Positions 36,295 through 46,478 of a stretch of DNA of 64,000 bases are shown here, piece by piece (within the stretch, counting starts at the first letter, position 1; each line of letters starts with the position of its first letter). Source of the stretch: Gammaproteobacteria bacterium (GTDB taxonomy: Bacteria; Pseudomonadota; Gammaproteobacteria; Steroidobacterales; Rariloculaceae); the NCBI GenBank assembly GCA_022825505.1, contig JAJDWR010000036.1, forward strand, positions 6,034 to 70,033, given 5' to 3'. Made by a program: the position numbers and the translations under genes. The notes under the pieces were generated by a model. The model had not been told where the DNA came from and searched no databases. It saw only the letters and a list, made by a program, of their open reading frames with translations.

Positions 36295-37854
36295 TCAGTA
36301 GGTTTCTTCTTCCTCCGCCAGCACCGGCTCGCCCCCTGCGCCCGGCATTCCCCCGGCGTGAAATGCGGTGATGGGACCCTTCGGAGAAAGATCCTTGCCT
36401 GCAAGCCCGGGGAAATCCACACCGTAGCGCAGCGGCGACCAGCCGCCGAATGTGTTTTCGTGCTCGGACGTAATCAGCGTCTCTACGATTCCGGCGTTGG
36501 TGACCGGATTGACATACTCCCAGACCACTTCGCCGTCCGGCGCAATCTCGAGCAGCCGGCCCACTCGAGCCAGCTGGGCCATGGTATTGCCGTTGGGCAA
36601 TCGCTGAGTGGCCGAGCCGTGGTGGCTGTTGAAGCCATCGGAGGTGTGATACATCCACACGATTTGCCTTGAGAACAGCCGGGTTACCAGATTCTGCGAT
36701 TCCTCGCTGCCCGGCATCACCGCGGTATAGCCGGCCTGCGGCGGGTTCACGTAGCGGTCCTTCTCCACGCCGTCGGCGCCAACGTATGGATTGATCTGAA
36801 GAATCTCGGACTGCGGGTCGGAATCGCCGTCCGCGCGTGGCACCGCCAATCCGTTGTTGAACAACAGCAGGTCTCCCACCCCCGGGAGCCCGTCCTCGAT
36901 CCACTGGATGTCGTGCGTGCCTCCCATCTGCTTGTGGCCGGAGAACTCCTCCAGCGACCAGTTCTTCTTCGCGTAGTGGGGGTACTCGCCCTGCCCGTAG
37001 ATGGCCGGATTCCCGAAACGGTACAGGAAGTCGCCCGCCTCGCCGGCGGCAAGGCGCAGGCTTTCCCCGGGGTCGCCGGGCACGAAAGTGCCGTCGTGAT
37101 CGACGATGTAGATTTCGTGAGTCCGGTTGGAACTGATCGCCAGATGACCGCTCTCCGGATTGTAGTCGATGGCGTTGAGATGCAGGTAGTCGCGGGAAAA
37201 CACGCCGAAGTTGACGTCCAGCCGTCCGGGATGATCGGCAAGGCTCAGCCCTTCTCCGACGTAGTTGGCGCCCTCGGGGTTGCGGTCCTGTACCAGGTGG
37301 TCGGCAAAACGGTATTCCCATACCACGTCGCCGTTGCGATCCACTTCCACGATGGCGTCCATCTGGGTGCCCACGTATCGATCGACGGCATCGGGATCGG
37401 CCCCCAGGGCAATCACTTCGTCGTGGGTCAGGTCGACGTTGGCTATGTAAAGAACCGTGTAGTCGCCGAGTTCCGCGTTGTATATCCTGAGAAAGTCGTG
37501 GTGAGGGTGATAGGTCTCACGGGCCTCCGTGTGCTCCCACAGGACCTTGCCTTCCCAGTCAACCTGCGAAAAGGTGGAAGGTCCCTTGGCGCCGAACACG
37601 GTGCCGTCTTCGAGCAGATAGGCATCCGTGAATTCGGGCCAATAACTGACCACCTGCCCCGCCATGTCGATCAGATAGACGCCGGTGACACCGGAAACCC
37701 GGGTCCTGATGAAGGCATAGCCCGGATACGCTTTCTGCGGATCCCAATGAATCAGTTCGGTCGGTCCTCTGGAAGCCTCATAGGCGGACGCAATGACCCC
37801 GGCGAGCATTCCAAAGCAGCACGCAATCAGGATTCCCCCTGTGTTCATTTTCAT
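36295..37854 (-). CDS. Secreted beta-propeller protein, aryl-sulfotransferase (ASST)-like
   Basis: Signal/anchor N-terminus. YHPHHDF and repeated propeller-like segments. The assignment is by pattern memory only. Confidence 0.5.
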   Translation of the reverse strand: MKMNTGGILIACCFGMLAGVIASAYEASRGPTELIHWDPQKAYPGYAFIRTRVSGVTGVYLIDMAGQVVSYWPEFTDAYLLEDGTVFGAKGPSTFSQVDWEGKVLWEHTEARETYHPHHDFLRIYNAELGDYTVLYIANVDLTHDEVIALGADPDAVDRYVGTQMDAIVEVDRNGDVVWEYRFADHLVQDRNPEGANYVGEGLSLADHPGRLDVNFGVFSRDYLHLNAIDYNPESGHLAISSNRTHEIYIVDHDGTFVPGDPGESLRLAAGEAGDFLYRFGNPAIYGQGEYPHYAKKNWSLEEFSGHKQMGGTHDIQWIEDGLPGVGDLLLFNNGLAVPRADGDSDPQSEILQINPYVGADGVEKDRYVNPPQAGYTAVMPGSEESQNLVTRLFSRQIVWMYHTSDGFNSHHGSATQRLPNGNTMAQLARVGRLLEIAPDGEVVWEYVNPVTNAGIVETLITSEHENTFGGWSPLRYGVDFPGLAGKDLSPKGPITAFHAGGMPGAGGEPVLAEEEETY

Positions 37855-37934
37855 TTTCGTTTTCTCCCCATTTACTGCAGATCAGGTTTTTCTCCCGATT
37901 ATTTTCTATTCCTGACCGGATTTCGTTGCGTGGC

Positions 37935-39221
37935 CTACTCGGCGACGACGCGTCCGATCAACAAGTCCGGATCCACGCCCGACCGTGGGCGGAATTTCTG
38001 CACGCGCCCATTGTTCACTTCGGCAATGTAGAAATTGCCTTCTTCATCGGCGCTCATGCCGTGTACGCCCCACACACCTCCGGGGAATGTACCCCACGTG
38101 CCCCAGGAATACTGGAACATCCCGTCCAGATCGTACTTTATGAACTTGGTCGTCCCGGCATCGGCCACCCAGACCGCACCATTGGCAACGATGAGGTACT
38201 GGGCATCCGTAGGCGGGTCGCCAAAACTCCATTGGTCAATGAAATTGCCATTTTCATCAAACACTTGCATTCGGTTGTTCTGGCGATCATTTATGTAGAT
38301 TCGACGCGACTCCGGATCCACATCGATTCCATGCAAGCTGTTGAAGTACCCCGGCCGCATTTCGGTGGGCAGGATTCCTTCCTGACCCCACTCCATCAGG
38401 TAGTTCCCGTCATTGTCGAACTTGACCACGCGGGAATTCACGTAACCGTCCGCAACGAGAATGGCATCGGGCAGAAATGCCATGAAGGTCGGCCGTCCGA
38501 AGTGACTTTCGTCGTCGCCGGGTTCACCGTAAGTGCCCAGGGTCTGTACCAGTTCCCTGCCGTCGTTGCTGAACTTGTAGATCGCGTGGGCGAAGTCGTC
38601 CACGACCCAGATGTGCTTCTCCGGATCGTAGGGATTCACGTGCACGGCGTGCGGTTTCATGAACATGGAATCCCACTGGCTCCAGGTTTCGACGATGTTG
38701 CCCTCGCGGTCGACGACGACCAGACAATGCTCCCAGAGGGCATCGACGCCCCGGCGGTAACCAGCCCCTTCCCAGGTCGTCCAGCCGTCCTCGTTGTTGT
38801 GATCGGGGCTCGCCACTGTTCCGTCTCGCCAGGGCAATGTTCCGTCGCGCCACGCGTATTGCCGCCCTACCGGGAAACGCAGCTGCGTTCCCTGCTCGTG
38901 GATCAGCCGGTTTTCCGGCCGGACGATCTTCTTGAGGACGCCCCGCTGCAGCACGAAGATCCGATCCGCGCTTTCGGCGAAGATGCTTTGAGCCGCGCCC
39001 CAGGTCCAGTTCTCGTAGCCGGGCAGTGTCGAAAAGTCCTTCGGCCAGCCGGGCACGGGCTCGTAGGGTCCGAACGGATCCTGGCCGCCCTTCCCCGTCA
39101 CCACCGCTGTCTGAGCGGCTACTGCCAGGGCGAGCGTCTGGGCCAGGCCGATCATGCCCAGACCGACGAAGGTCCGGCGCAAGCTTGCAACTCCGATCGA
39201 ACTATTCATTTCCAGGCTCAT
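37935..39221 (-). CDS. NHL-repeat beta-propeller protein with Tat-like signal
   Basis: SLRRTFVGLGMIG...AAQTA signal. C-terminal GNFYIAEVNNGRVQKFRP NHL repeat. Confidence 0.6.
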   Translation of the reverse strand: MSLEMNSSIGVASLRRTFVGLGMIGLAQTLALAVAAQTAVVTGKGGQDPFGPYEPVPGWPKDFSTLPGYENWTWGAAQSIFAESADRIFVLQRGVLKKIVRPENRLIHEQGTQLRFPVGRQYAWRDGTLPWRDGTVASPDHNNEDGWTTWEGAGYRRGVDALWEHCLVVVDREGNIVETWSQWDSMFMKPHAVHVNPYDPEKHIWVVDDFAHAIYKFSNDGRELVQTLGTYGEPGDDESHFGRPTFMAFLPDAILVADGYVNSRVVKFDNDGNYLMEWGQEGILPTEMRPGYFNSLHGIDVDPESRRIYINDRQNNRMQVFDENGNFIDQWSFGDPPTDAQYLIVANGAVWVADAGTTKFIKYDLDGMFQYSWGTWGTFPGGVWGVHGMSADEEGNFYIAEVNNGRVQKFRPRSGVDPDLLIGRVVAE

Positions 39222-39359
39222 TCCTTAACTGTTGGTAATGACTGCCGGTTGGCGAACCGACTCGCAAACATTCTTTTGTACAATAGCAAGTTCGCCACTG
39301 GGTTGGCGAACGGCAATGGCGCAGACAACAGGCTGAAATTGCCTGAAGGACCATAAACG

Positions 39360-40400
39360 ATGCGTGTCCCGACAATTTCCATATTGCTGCTTGGCGCCTG
39401 GGCCATCACGAGCCACGCCGATCAGACATTCGAGATCGATCCCTGGTGGCCAAAGCCTTTACCCGAAGGCTGGATCAACGGCCAGGTCGGCGGTGTTTGC
39501 GTCGATTCCCGGGACAACATCCTGATAGTGGACCGCCGCAACATTACCGAAGAGGAAATGGAAACGAACGTCCCCGTACCCACCTTCGTCATGTTCGACA
39601 TGGAGGGCAACGTCATCAAGTCGTGGGGAGACCCCGACGTGGTACCCCAAGCCGTCCACGGGTGCAGCTTCGACAGCGAGGACAACGTCTGGGTCGCAGG
39701 AAACCAGGACGCCATTGTCCAGAAGTACAGCCACGACGGCGAGTTGCTGATGCAGATCGGCGCCAAGCTCCAGTTCGATACGGAAGACGGCACGCGTGAG
39801 ACGGAGTTCACTAACTCCAGTCAGGAATTGCTGCATCGGCCGGCCGGCGCCGTCGCGGACCCGGAAACCGGTGACATCTTCATCGCCGACGGCTATGGCA
39901 ACAAGCGCGTGGTCGTGTTCGATGCCGAGGGAAACTACCTTCGTCAGTGGGGTAGCCTGGCCACGGAAGACGAACGCGAAGCCGGCACACCGGGCACCTT
40001 CACCGCCGTTGTCCACTGCATCGAGATGAGCAACGCGGGTCTCATTTACGTCTGCGACCGGCAGGGCAATCGTGTACAGGTGTTTGACCGGATGGGCAAT
40101 CACGTCCGCGACATCCGGGTGAACACCGGGAACTACAATTCACGGGGGACCGCCTGGTGGCTCGCTTTCTCGCCCGATGAGGAACAACAGTATCTGTACG
40201 TGATGAATGGCGGTCAGGAGGAGGTCCACGTCATGGACCACGAGAGCGGCGAGACGCTGTCAACCTTTGGCCGTCCGGGTCACATGCCCGGGAACTTCAC
40301 TCACGGACATACGATCGCCACGGATTCACAGGGCAACATTTACGTGGCGGAGACCAACTTCGGCCGCAGGGTACAAAGGTTCAGGCTGGTTTCGGAATAG
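39360..40400 (+). CDS. Secreted NHL-repeat beta-propeller protein (paralog of 55407..56672)
   Basis: Signal peptide. IDPWWPKPLPEGW. NHL repeats GDIFIADGYGNKRVVVFD, GLIYVCDRQGNRVQVFD, GNIYVAETNFGRRVQRFR. Confidence 0.65.
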   Translation: MRVPTISILLLGAWAITSHADQTFEIDPWWPKPLPEGWINGQVGGVCVDSRDNILIVDRRNITEEEMETNVPVPTFVMFDMEGNVIKSWGDPDVVPQAVHGCSFDSEDNVWVAGNQDAIVQKYSHDGELLMQIGAKLQFDTEDGTRETEFTNSSQELLHRPAGAVADPETGDIFIADGYGNKRVVVFDAEGNYLRQWGSLATEDEREAGTPGTFTAVVHCIEMSNAGLIYVCDRQGNRVQVFDRMGNHVRDIRVNTGNYNSRGTAWWLAFSPDEEQQYLYVMNGGQEEVHVMDHESGETLSTFGRPGHMPGNFTHGHTIATDSQGNIYVAETNFGRRVQRFRLVSE

Positions 40401-40485
40401 CGGCCGGGATATCGGATTGACCGTTACCAACGACCGGTACCGATATTGCGAAACAATTTCCATTCGATTAGGAGAGACGTCGAAC

Positions 40486-41085
40486 ATGAACGCGACACGA
40501 GCACTTCAATTCCTGGGTATCGCTTTCACGCTGGCTGCCGCGCAGGCCACCGCTGAACCGGTCACGTACAGGGTCGACCCCCGGCACACGTTTCCCGCGT
40601 TCGAAGCCGATCACCAGGGCGGGCTCTCGGTCTGGCGGGGAAAGATCGAACGCTCGAGCGGCACGATCGTTCTCGACAGGGAAGCGCGCACCGGCACCGT
40701 AGAGATGATCATGGACATGGACTCGATCAACTTCGGGCTGGACGAAATGACGGACCACGCCAAGGCCGAGGACATTCTGGACGTGGCGCGGTTCCCCACT
40801 GCGACCTACACGGGCGCCCTGACCGAATTCGGGCGTACGGGCGTGCCGACCGCCGTGGAGGGTGAACTGACGCTGCATGGAATCACCCGGCCGCTGCGGC
40901 TGCAGATCAACCACTTCCAGTGCCAGCCGCACCATCGAACGGGCGTGGAGATATGCGGCGCCGACGCCACGGCCACATTCAATCGCGATGATTTCGATGT
41001 GAGCTACGGCAAGGAAAACGGTTTTTTCATGTACGTCAACCTGCTGCTCACGGTGGAGGCGGAGCGAGTCGACCCTGAGTCCTGA
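40486..41085 (+). CDS. YceI family periplasmic protein
   Basis: ATG 40486 with GGAGAG upstream. YRVDPRHTFPAFEADH..., ...ATYTG..., GELTLHGITRPL. Confidence 0.85.
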   Translation: MNATRALQFLGIAFTLAAAQATAEPVTYRVDPRHTFPAFEADHQGGLSVWRGKIERSSGTIVLDREARTGTVEMIMDMDSINFGLDEMTDHAKAEDILDVARFPTATYTGALTEFGRTGVPTAVEGELTLHGITRPLRLQINHFQCQPHHRTGVEICGADATATFNRDDFDVSYGKENGFFMYVNLLLTVEAERVDPES

Positions 41086-41123
41086 TCGCCTGCGTCAATT
41101 TCTGCGACGCGCCTGCCCGGCCC

Positions 41124-42362
41124 TCAGGTTGAATCCGGGATGTAGACCAGCCCCACGGTATTCGTGCTGCTCTGGTGAATCACCAGGTTCCCGTCCGGCG
41201 ACGCCCGCATGTGGCGGATGATGCCGATGCCGGACGGCACAGCCCAGCTCTGGAACTCCTCGGTCTCGGGATCGAACCGCACCAGCGCGTCCGGACGCTG
41301 GAAGGACTCGTTGTACCAGATCTTGTCGTTGACGACTTCAATGGCGTAGGGATGTGATTGCGGGCCGCTGGGCGACGGCCATTCCCTGACTTCACCGGTG
41401 TTCGGATCGAGGCGCCCCAGGTATCCGCGCCCGGAATCCGCGTACCAGATCATGTCGTCGCTGGTAATCGCCAGGCGCCGGATATAGGCCCCGTACTGCA
41501 CACCCGGCGGAGGACCGGGGGTCTCGTATTCCTGAAACTCCCAGGAATCGGGATCGACACTGGTGATCTTGTTGGCGCCGCGGTTCGCAATCCAGATCAT
41601 GCCGCGGGAGTCTTCCTTGATCCCGTAGGGCCTGGCGTTCTCGGTGGGCATCGTTGCCAGCCGGATGTCGCCCGTATCCACCACCAGGCGGCCGATCATG
41701 TTGCTGTTCTGCAGAGTGAACCACAGGTCTCCGCTGCGCGTGAAGATGGGCGTGTGAGGATCGCGCGCAGCAGGGTCCGGCATCGGGAATTCGGTGATTT
41801 CCCCTGTTTCCGGATCCAGCTTTCCGATCGTCGCGTTGCTATTGCCGGTATACCAGATATTGCCCTCGACATCGTTGATGATGCTGTGCGGCCGAGCGGT
41901 CGGGTCCAGCATGAACTCCGTCATTTCTCCCGTGCGGGGATCGATCCGGCCCACGATGCTGCCGTACATTCCCGCCCACCAGATCATGCCGTCCGGCGTC
42001 TGCAGGGGATCCCTGGGACGTTGCCCGAGTGTCGGCACCAGCCATTCCTGAAAGGTGATTTCGAAATCGCCGTCCACCAGGGTTGGGCGCCTGTCGTAGG
42101 TCTCGGGAAAATTCGACGCCAGGTACTGGGTGATATCGGCATTCAGGGGATCCGGCAGTTCGATCATGGTACGGATGACATATTCCCAGCGCTCGTGCGT
42201 GAATCCGGGGGAATTGCTGATCAGGTTGACCTCGTGGCAGGCCACGCAGGCGCCCTGGACCAGTTCCATGCCGTCGCCCTCGGGCAGACCGTCCTGTCCC
42301 TGTGCCAGCGCGGGCAACAGCACCGCCAGCGGAAAGATCATTCGACTGCACAATTTGATCAT
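41124..42362 (-). CDS. Cytochrome c domain fused to a seven-bladed Vgb (virginiamycin B lyase)-like beta-propeller
   Basis: Signal peptide. CVACH heme motif. Seven repeats of the type GxIWxxxxxxxxIGRxDPxTGExxEF. Confidence 0.6.
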   Translation of the reverse strand: MIKLCSRMIFPLAVLLPALAQGQDGLPEGDGMELVQGACVACHEVNLISNSPGFTHERWEYVIRTMIELPDPLNADITQYLASNFPETYDRRPTLVDGDFEITFQEWLVPTLGQRPRDPLQTPDGMIWWAGMYGSIVGRIDPRTGEMTEFMLDPTARPHSIINDVEGNIWYTGNSNATIGKLDPETGEITEFPMPDPAARDPHTPIFTRSGDLWFTLQNSNMIGRLVVDTGDIRLATMPTENARPYGIKEDSRGMIWIANRGANKITSVDPDSWEFQEYETPGPPPGVQYGAYIRRLAITSDDMIWYADSGRGYLGRLDPNTGEVREWPSPSGPQSHPYAIEVVNDKIWYNESFQRPDALVRFDPETEEFQSWAVPSGIGIIRHMRASPDGNLVIHQSSTNTVGLVYIPDST

Positions 42363-42598
42363 GATGCCTCCGTACTACTTGACGGTTGCCGGAACCCGCA
42401 CTTCTTCGTTTTGGCCTGGACGCGGCAGGGCACTCGACAACCCTGAAATTCGGGCAGTCATGATACACGTACCCTTATCAAATCCGCCAGAACACGATAC
42501 AGTGGGAATTAACTTTTTGTCATCGCAATCTGAAGATATGTGTAGGTTGCGCATTTGCTGACGATTGCCGTTAGTGTTTGGCTGATACAGGCCTTACA

Positions 42599-43261
42599 AT
42601 GGAATCAATGGAGACCGGGAATCACCTTCGTCTGTTGCGGCGATGCTGGGTGGCATTGGCGTGCGCGGCGATATCCGGATGCTCCACTTCATTGGTAGTC
42701 AACGCCATCTTTCCGCAACCGCTGGTGGATCCCCTGCCCGTGCGCGTCGGCATCCTTTTCGACGAGGCCCTGTCCACATACGCACACGAGGAAAAAATCC
42801 CCCAGCAGGCAAGCTATTCGATCCAGCTTGGCGACGCGAACGTTTCCATGCTGAGCCAACTCTTCAACTCGATGTTCGTGTCCACGGAACCGGTCGTCGG
42901 ATTGCCTCTGGAGACAGCCGATCAGGGGCGGCTCGATGCCGTCATCAGGCCCGAACTGGAACGGTTCGAGTTCGACGTACCGATCCAGCGTACGGACAAC
43001 TTTGTCGAAGTCTGGATGCAGTACCAGATGCGGCTGTACGAAACGGACGGCCAATTGATAGCGGAATGGCCGGTGACCGGTTACGGCAAGGCGGAGCACG
43101 GCAACCGCGGCGCGGCCCTGAATCGGGCGGCAGTCGTCGCGATGCGAGAAGTCGGAGCCGAAATTTCCACGGAATTTTCGGCGCAGCCAGCGGTCGAATA
43201 CTGGCTGGAGGAGAAGCAAAATGAGTCGGCATTGTCTTCAGAGGCTGGCCGCAACAACTAA
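42599..43261 (+). CDS. Hypothetical lipoprotein
   Basis: Lipobox AAISGC after a basic/hydrophobic N-terminus. No family recognised. Confidence 0.5.
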   Translation: MESMETGNHLRLLRRCWVALACAAISGCSTSLVVNAIFPQPLVDPLPVRVGILFDEALSTYAHEEKIPQQASYSIQLGDANVSMLSQLFNSMFVSTEPVVGLPLETADQGRLDAVIRPELERFEFDVPIQRTDNFVEVWMQYQMRLYETDGQLIAEWPVTGYGKAEHGNRGAALNRAAVVAMREVGAEISTEFSAQPAVEYWLEEKQNESALSSEAGRNN

Positions 43262-43949
43262 TACCCGCGCACAGGCCCTTGCAGCGGCGATTGCGCTGAG
43301 CATCCTGGCAGGCTGCAGCGTGACCTCGCGCATGGAGCCGTACAAGCGCACCGACGCAGTCATCAACGAAGGCGAGCAAGTCGTCGTACTGGCCAGAAAG
43401 CACCACTCCACGCACGAAACCGAAGCTGCCTTTGTCGATTGTGTGGCCGGTGCACTCGCATCGGGCAGCGACGGGCTGGAGGTGCACGATACCGTTGCGT
43501 TCGAAGACCAGCTCTATCCGTGGTTCGAGCCGTCGCGGGCTCCTCTCAGCACCGACGAACTCTCGGAGTTGCTGGACAAGCCCGATGTCTTCGACCGGGT
43601 CCAGGGCACCGGCGTGCGCTTCCTCGTCTGGCTCGACGGGTCCACCGACCGCGTCGCCAGCGGCGGAGGCATCACCTGCGCGGCCGGCGTGGGCGGCGCG
43701 GGATGCATGGGACTGGCCTGGTGGGAAGACGACGCCCGTTACGACGCCACGGTCTGGGACATCCAGGAACTGGATTCCACCGGAACCATTTACGCCGATG
43801 TCAGGGGCCGCTCCACCCTTCCGGCAATCGTCATCCCCATACCGCTCATCGCCCGCCCCCGAGCAGCCGCATGCCGGGGAATGACCGAACAACTGCGGCA
43901 ATTCCTCACTGCGCCAACCAGTTACCTACCCGGACCCGAATTGCAGTGA
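43221..43949 (+). CDS. Hypothetical lipoprotein
   Basis: Lipobox SILAGC. Overlaps the upstream gene by 41 nt. No family recognised. Confidence 0.5.
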   Translation: MSRHCLQRLAATTNTRAQALAAAIALSILAGCSVTSRMEPYKRTDAVINEGEQVVVLARKHHSTHETEAAFVDCVAGALASGSDGLEVHDTVAFEDQLYPWFEPSRAPLSTDELSELLDKPDVFDRVQGTGVRFLVWLDGSTDRVASGGGITCAAGVGGAGCMGLAWWEDDARYDATVWDIQELDSTGTIYADVRGRSTLPAIVIPIPLIARPRAAACRGMTEQLRQFLTAPTSYLPGPELQ

Positions 43950-43983
43950 TGCGGCACAGTCCGCTGCACTAGGTGGATTGAAC

Positions 43984-44271
43984 ATGCGGGCGACGACCAA
44001 GCGAGAACTTGTCCTGGCCGGGTCCTTGCTCGGTTTCGGCTTTTTCGTATTGCCGGGCGCTGTTTACCTGGTTGGCCAAACCGTTGTGGGCGAATATCCG
44101 GCCGATGGCGGGGTCCTGTCATTGGTCCTGAACATCTGGGCGGACATGGCACGCGGGAACCCGCTGGCCCTGGTACTGGTTCTCAGCCCTTATGGCGTTG
44201 TTCAGCTATTGCGGTTCTCGCGCCACCTGTGGCGCGCCAGGGCTATCGTCAGACCGCCGCCGATTCGTTAG
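43984..44271 (+). CDS. Small two-TM membrane protein
   Basis: MRATTKRELVLAGSLLGFGFFVLPGAVYLVG... and LALVLVLSPYGVVQLL helices. Confidence 0.4.
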   Translation: MRATTKRELVLAGSLLGFGFFVLPGAVYLVGQTVVGEYPADGGVLSLVLNIWADMARGNPLALVLVLSPYGVVQLLRFSRHLWRARAIVRPPPIR

Positions 44272-44325
44272 GATAAGAATAGGCGAATCGGCGCATTTGC
44301 GTACCAATTTGAACGAGGAGGGAAA

Positions 44326-46425
44326 GTGAGGGAAATGACACGGACCTGGCCGCTCGGCGCGTTATGGCTTGTGCTTGTCAGCACGACCTCCCCGGGTGCC
44401 GACGAGCCCATCGCCGAACTGATGATGAGCGATCACCACAAGGCCATCAGCCAGAGGGTCAGCCGATTCGTGGAAGACGTTCACTATTCCCGTCCGCGGA
44501 TCGACAATTCGCTGTCGTCGGCGATTTTCGACCGGTACCTGGACATTCTCGACGGCAACCGCCTGTACTTTCTGCACAGCGACTACACCAGCCTGGGTAG
44601 CTATCGATACGAACTGGACGACCGCGTGCGGAGCGGCGAACTCCAGCCGATTTTCGAGATTTTCAATCTCTGGCGGCTTCGCAACCAGGAGCGGCTCAAC
44701 CACGCCATCGAACTCCTGGATGAGGAACCCGACTTTACCGTCGACGAGTGGTACCGCTTCGACCGAACCGATCTCGGCTGGGCGCAGACCGACGCCGAAG
44801 TCAGGGACATCTGGCGCAAGCAGGTCAAGCACGACGGGCTGGCTCTGATGCTGGGCCGGGAACTCACCTGGGAAGAGGCCGCCGACGAGCTGCGCAGGAA
44901 CTACGAACGGCGCCTGAGACGGACCGCGCAGATGAACGCGGACGACGTGTTCGAGGGATTCCTCAACGCGATGACTCATACCATCGATCCGCATTCAAGC
45001 TATCTCACGCCACGCAATACCGAGGAGCAGCGCATCCACATGAGCCTGCTGTACGACGGTATCGGCGCTACCCTCGAACTGGACGAGTTCGACTACGTCA
45101 ACGTGAAGAACCTGATCGCGGGCGGACCCGCGGAGATCGACGGGCGCCTGAAACCCAACGACCGCATCACCGCCGTCGGTCAGGGCGCATCCGGCGAAAT
45201 GGTCGGCGTCATCGGCTGGCGGCTGGACGATGTCGTACAGCTCATTCGCGGTCCGGGTGGAACCGTTGTCCGCCTGCAGATTCTCCCCGCCGGCGCCGTG
45301 CCGGGTTCACCCGAAACCATGGTGGACATCGTCCGCGACAAGGTAAAGATGGACGAAGGCGCCGCGAAGAGCCGCATCATTGAAGTACCCGACGAGATCA
45401 CGATCAAGCAAATCGGCGTCATCGAGATTCCCAGCTTCTACCTGGATTCGGCGGCCCGCAACCGGGGCGAAGAGGACTACACCAGCACCACCCGCGACGT
45501 GGAGCGGCTGGTCGAGGAATTGATGGCCGATGACATCGACGGCCTGATCATCGACCTGCGGCAGAACGGCGGCGGGCACCTGAGCGAAGCCGCCGAGTTG
45601 AGCGGCCTGTTCATCGAGCGTGGGCCGCTGGTCCAGCTCCGGGAAACCCAGGGCAACGTGGAAGTCCTGAACGACCCGATCCCCGGCGCGATCTACGACG
45701 GTCCCCTGGCCGTGCTGGTCGACCGCCACAGCGCCAGCGCCTCGGAGATCTTTGCCGCGGCCATCCAGGACTATCAGCGCGGACTGGTCATCGGCCAGCA
45801 GACATTCGGCAAGGGGTCCGTTCAGAACCTGTTCGACCTGGACCGCTTCATTCGCGGGTCCGAGGATTACGGCCAACTCACCCTGACCATCGGCAAGTAC
45901 TACCGGGTCACGGGTGAGAGCACCCAGCATCGGGGCGTGATACCCGACATCGAACTGCCGTCGCCGTGGGATGTGGACAGCGTGGGCGAGAGCACGCGTG
46001 ACACCGCCCTGCCCTGGGATCGAATTCAGCAAACGCCGTTCTCCGCGTACCGCGAGGGGCCGGCTCAGATCGAAGTGCTCCGCACACTGCAGAACCAACG
46101 GTCGCTGGGCGATCCGGACTTCAACTACATGGTGAGCAGCATCGAAGCCCAGCGGTCGTTGAGCGATCGAAAGATCGTTTCCCTGAACCTGGAGCAGCGC
46201 AAGGCCGAACTCGAAGACCGGAACCAGGAGAGAATTCAGCGGGAGAACGAGCGCCGGGCCGGCCTGGGACTGGACCCGATAGCCGACCTGGAGGAGCTTG
46301 CCGAAGAAGAGCTTCCGGATATCCTGCTGGACCAGGCCACCCGCATCGTCGCCGACATGGCATCGCTGGACGAACCTCCGCCCCGGGCAACCTTCACGGG
46401 TGCGGAAACGGTGCGCGCGAACTAG
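44326..46425 (+). CDS. prc: Tail-specific (C-terminal processing) protease, S41 family
   Basis: 699 aa. PDZ region, then DLRQNGGGHLSEA and SASASEIFAAAIQDY motifs. Alternative start ATG 44335. Confidence 0.85.
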   Translation: MREMTRTWPLGALWLVLVSTTSPGADEPIAELMMSDHHKAISQRVSRFVEDVHYSRPRIDNSLSSAIFDRYLDILDGNRLYFLHSDYTSLGSYRYELDDRVRSGELQPIFEIFNLWRLRNQERLNHAIELLDEEPDFTVDEWYRFDRTDLGWAQTDAEVRDIWRKQVKHDGLALMLGRELTWEEAADELRRNYERRLRRTAQMNADDVFEGFLNAMTHTIDPHSSYLTPRNTEEQRIHMSLLYDGIGATLELDEFDYVNVKNLIAGGPAEIDGRLKPNDRITAVGQGASGEMVGVIGWRLDDVVQLIRGPGGTVVRLQILPAGAVPGSPETMVDIVRDKVKMDEGAAKSRIIEVPDEITIKQIGVIEIPSFYLDSAARNRGEEDYTSTTRDVERLVEELMADDIDGLIIDLRQNGGGHLSEAAELSGLFIERGPLVQLRETQGNVEVLNDPIPGAIYDGPLAVLVDRHSASASEIFAAAIQDYQRGLVIGQQTFGKGSVQNLFDLDRFIRGSEDYGQLTLTIGKYYRVTGESTQHRGVIPDIELPSPWDVDSVGESTRDTALPWDRIQQTPFSAYREGPAQIEVLRTLQNQRSLGDPDFNYMVSSIEAQRSLSDRKIVSLNLEQRKAELEDRNQERIQRENERRAGLGLDPIADLEELAEEELPDILLDQATRIVADMASLDEPPPRATFTGAETVRAN

Positions 46426-46478
46426 CAGTTCCGTCGACTACGTTCCGGATCGGATTTTTCGGCCCCGGACAGTGGCCG

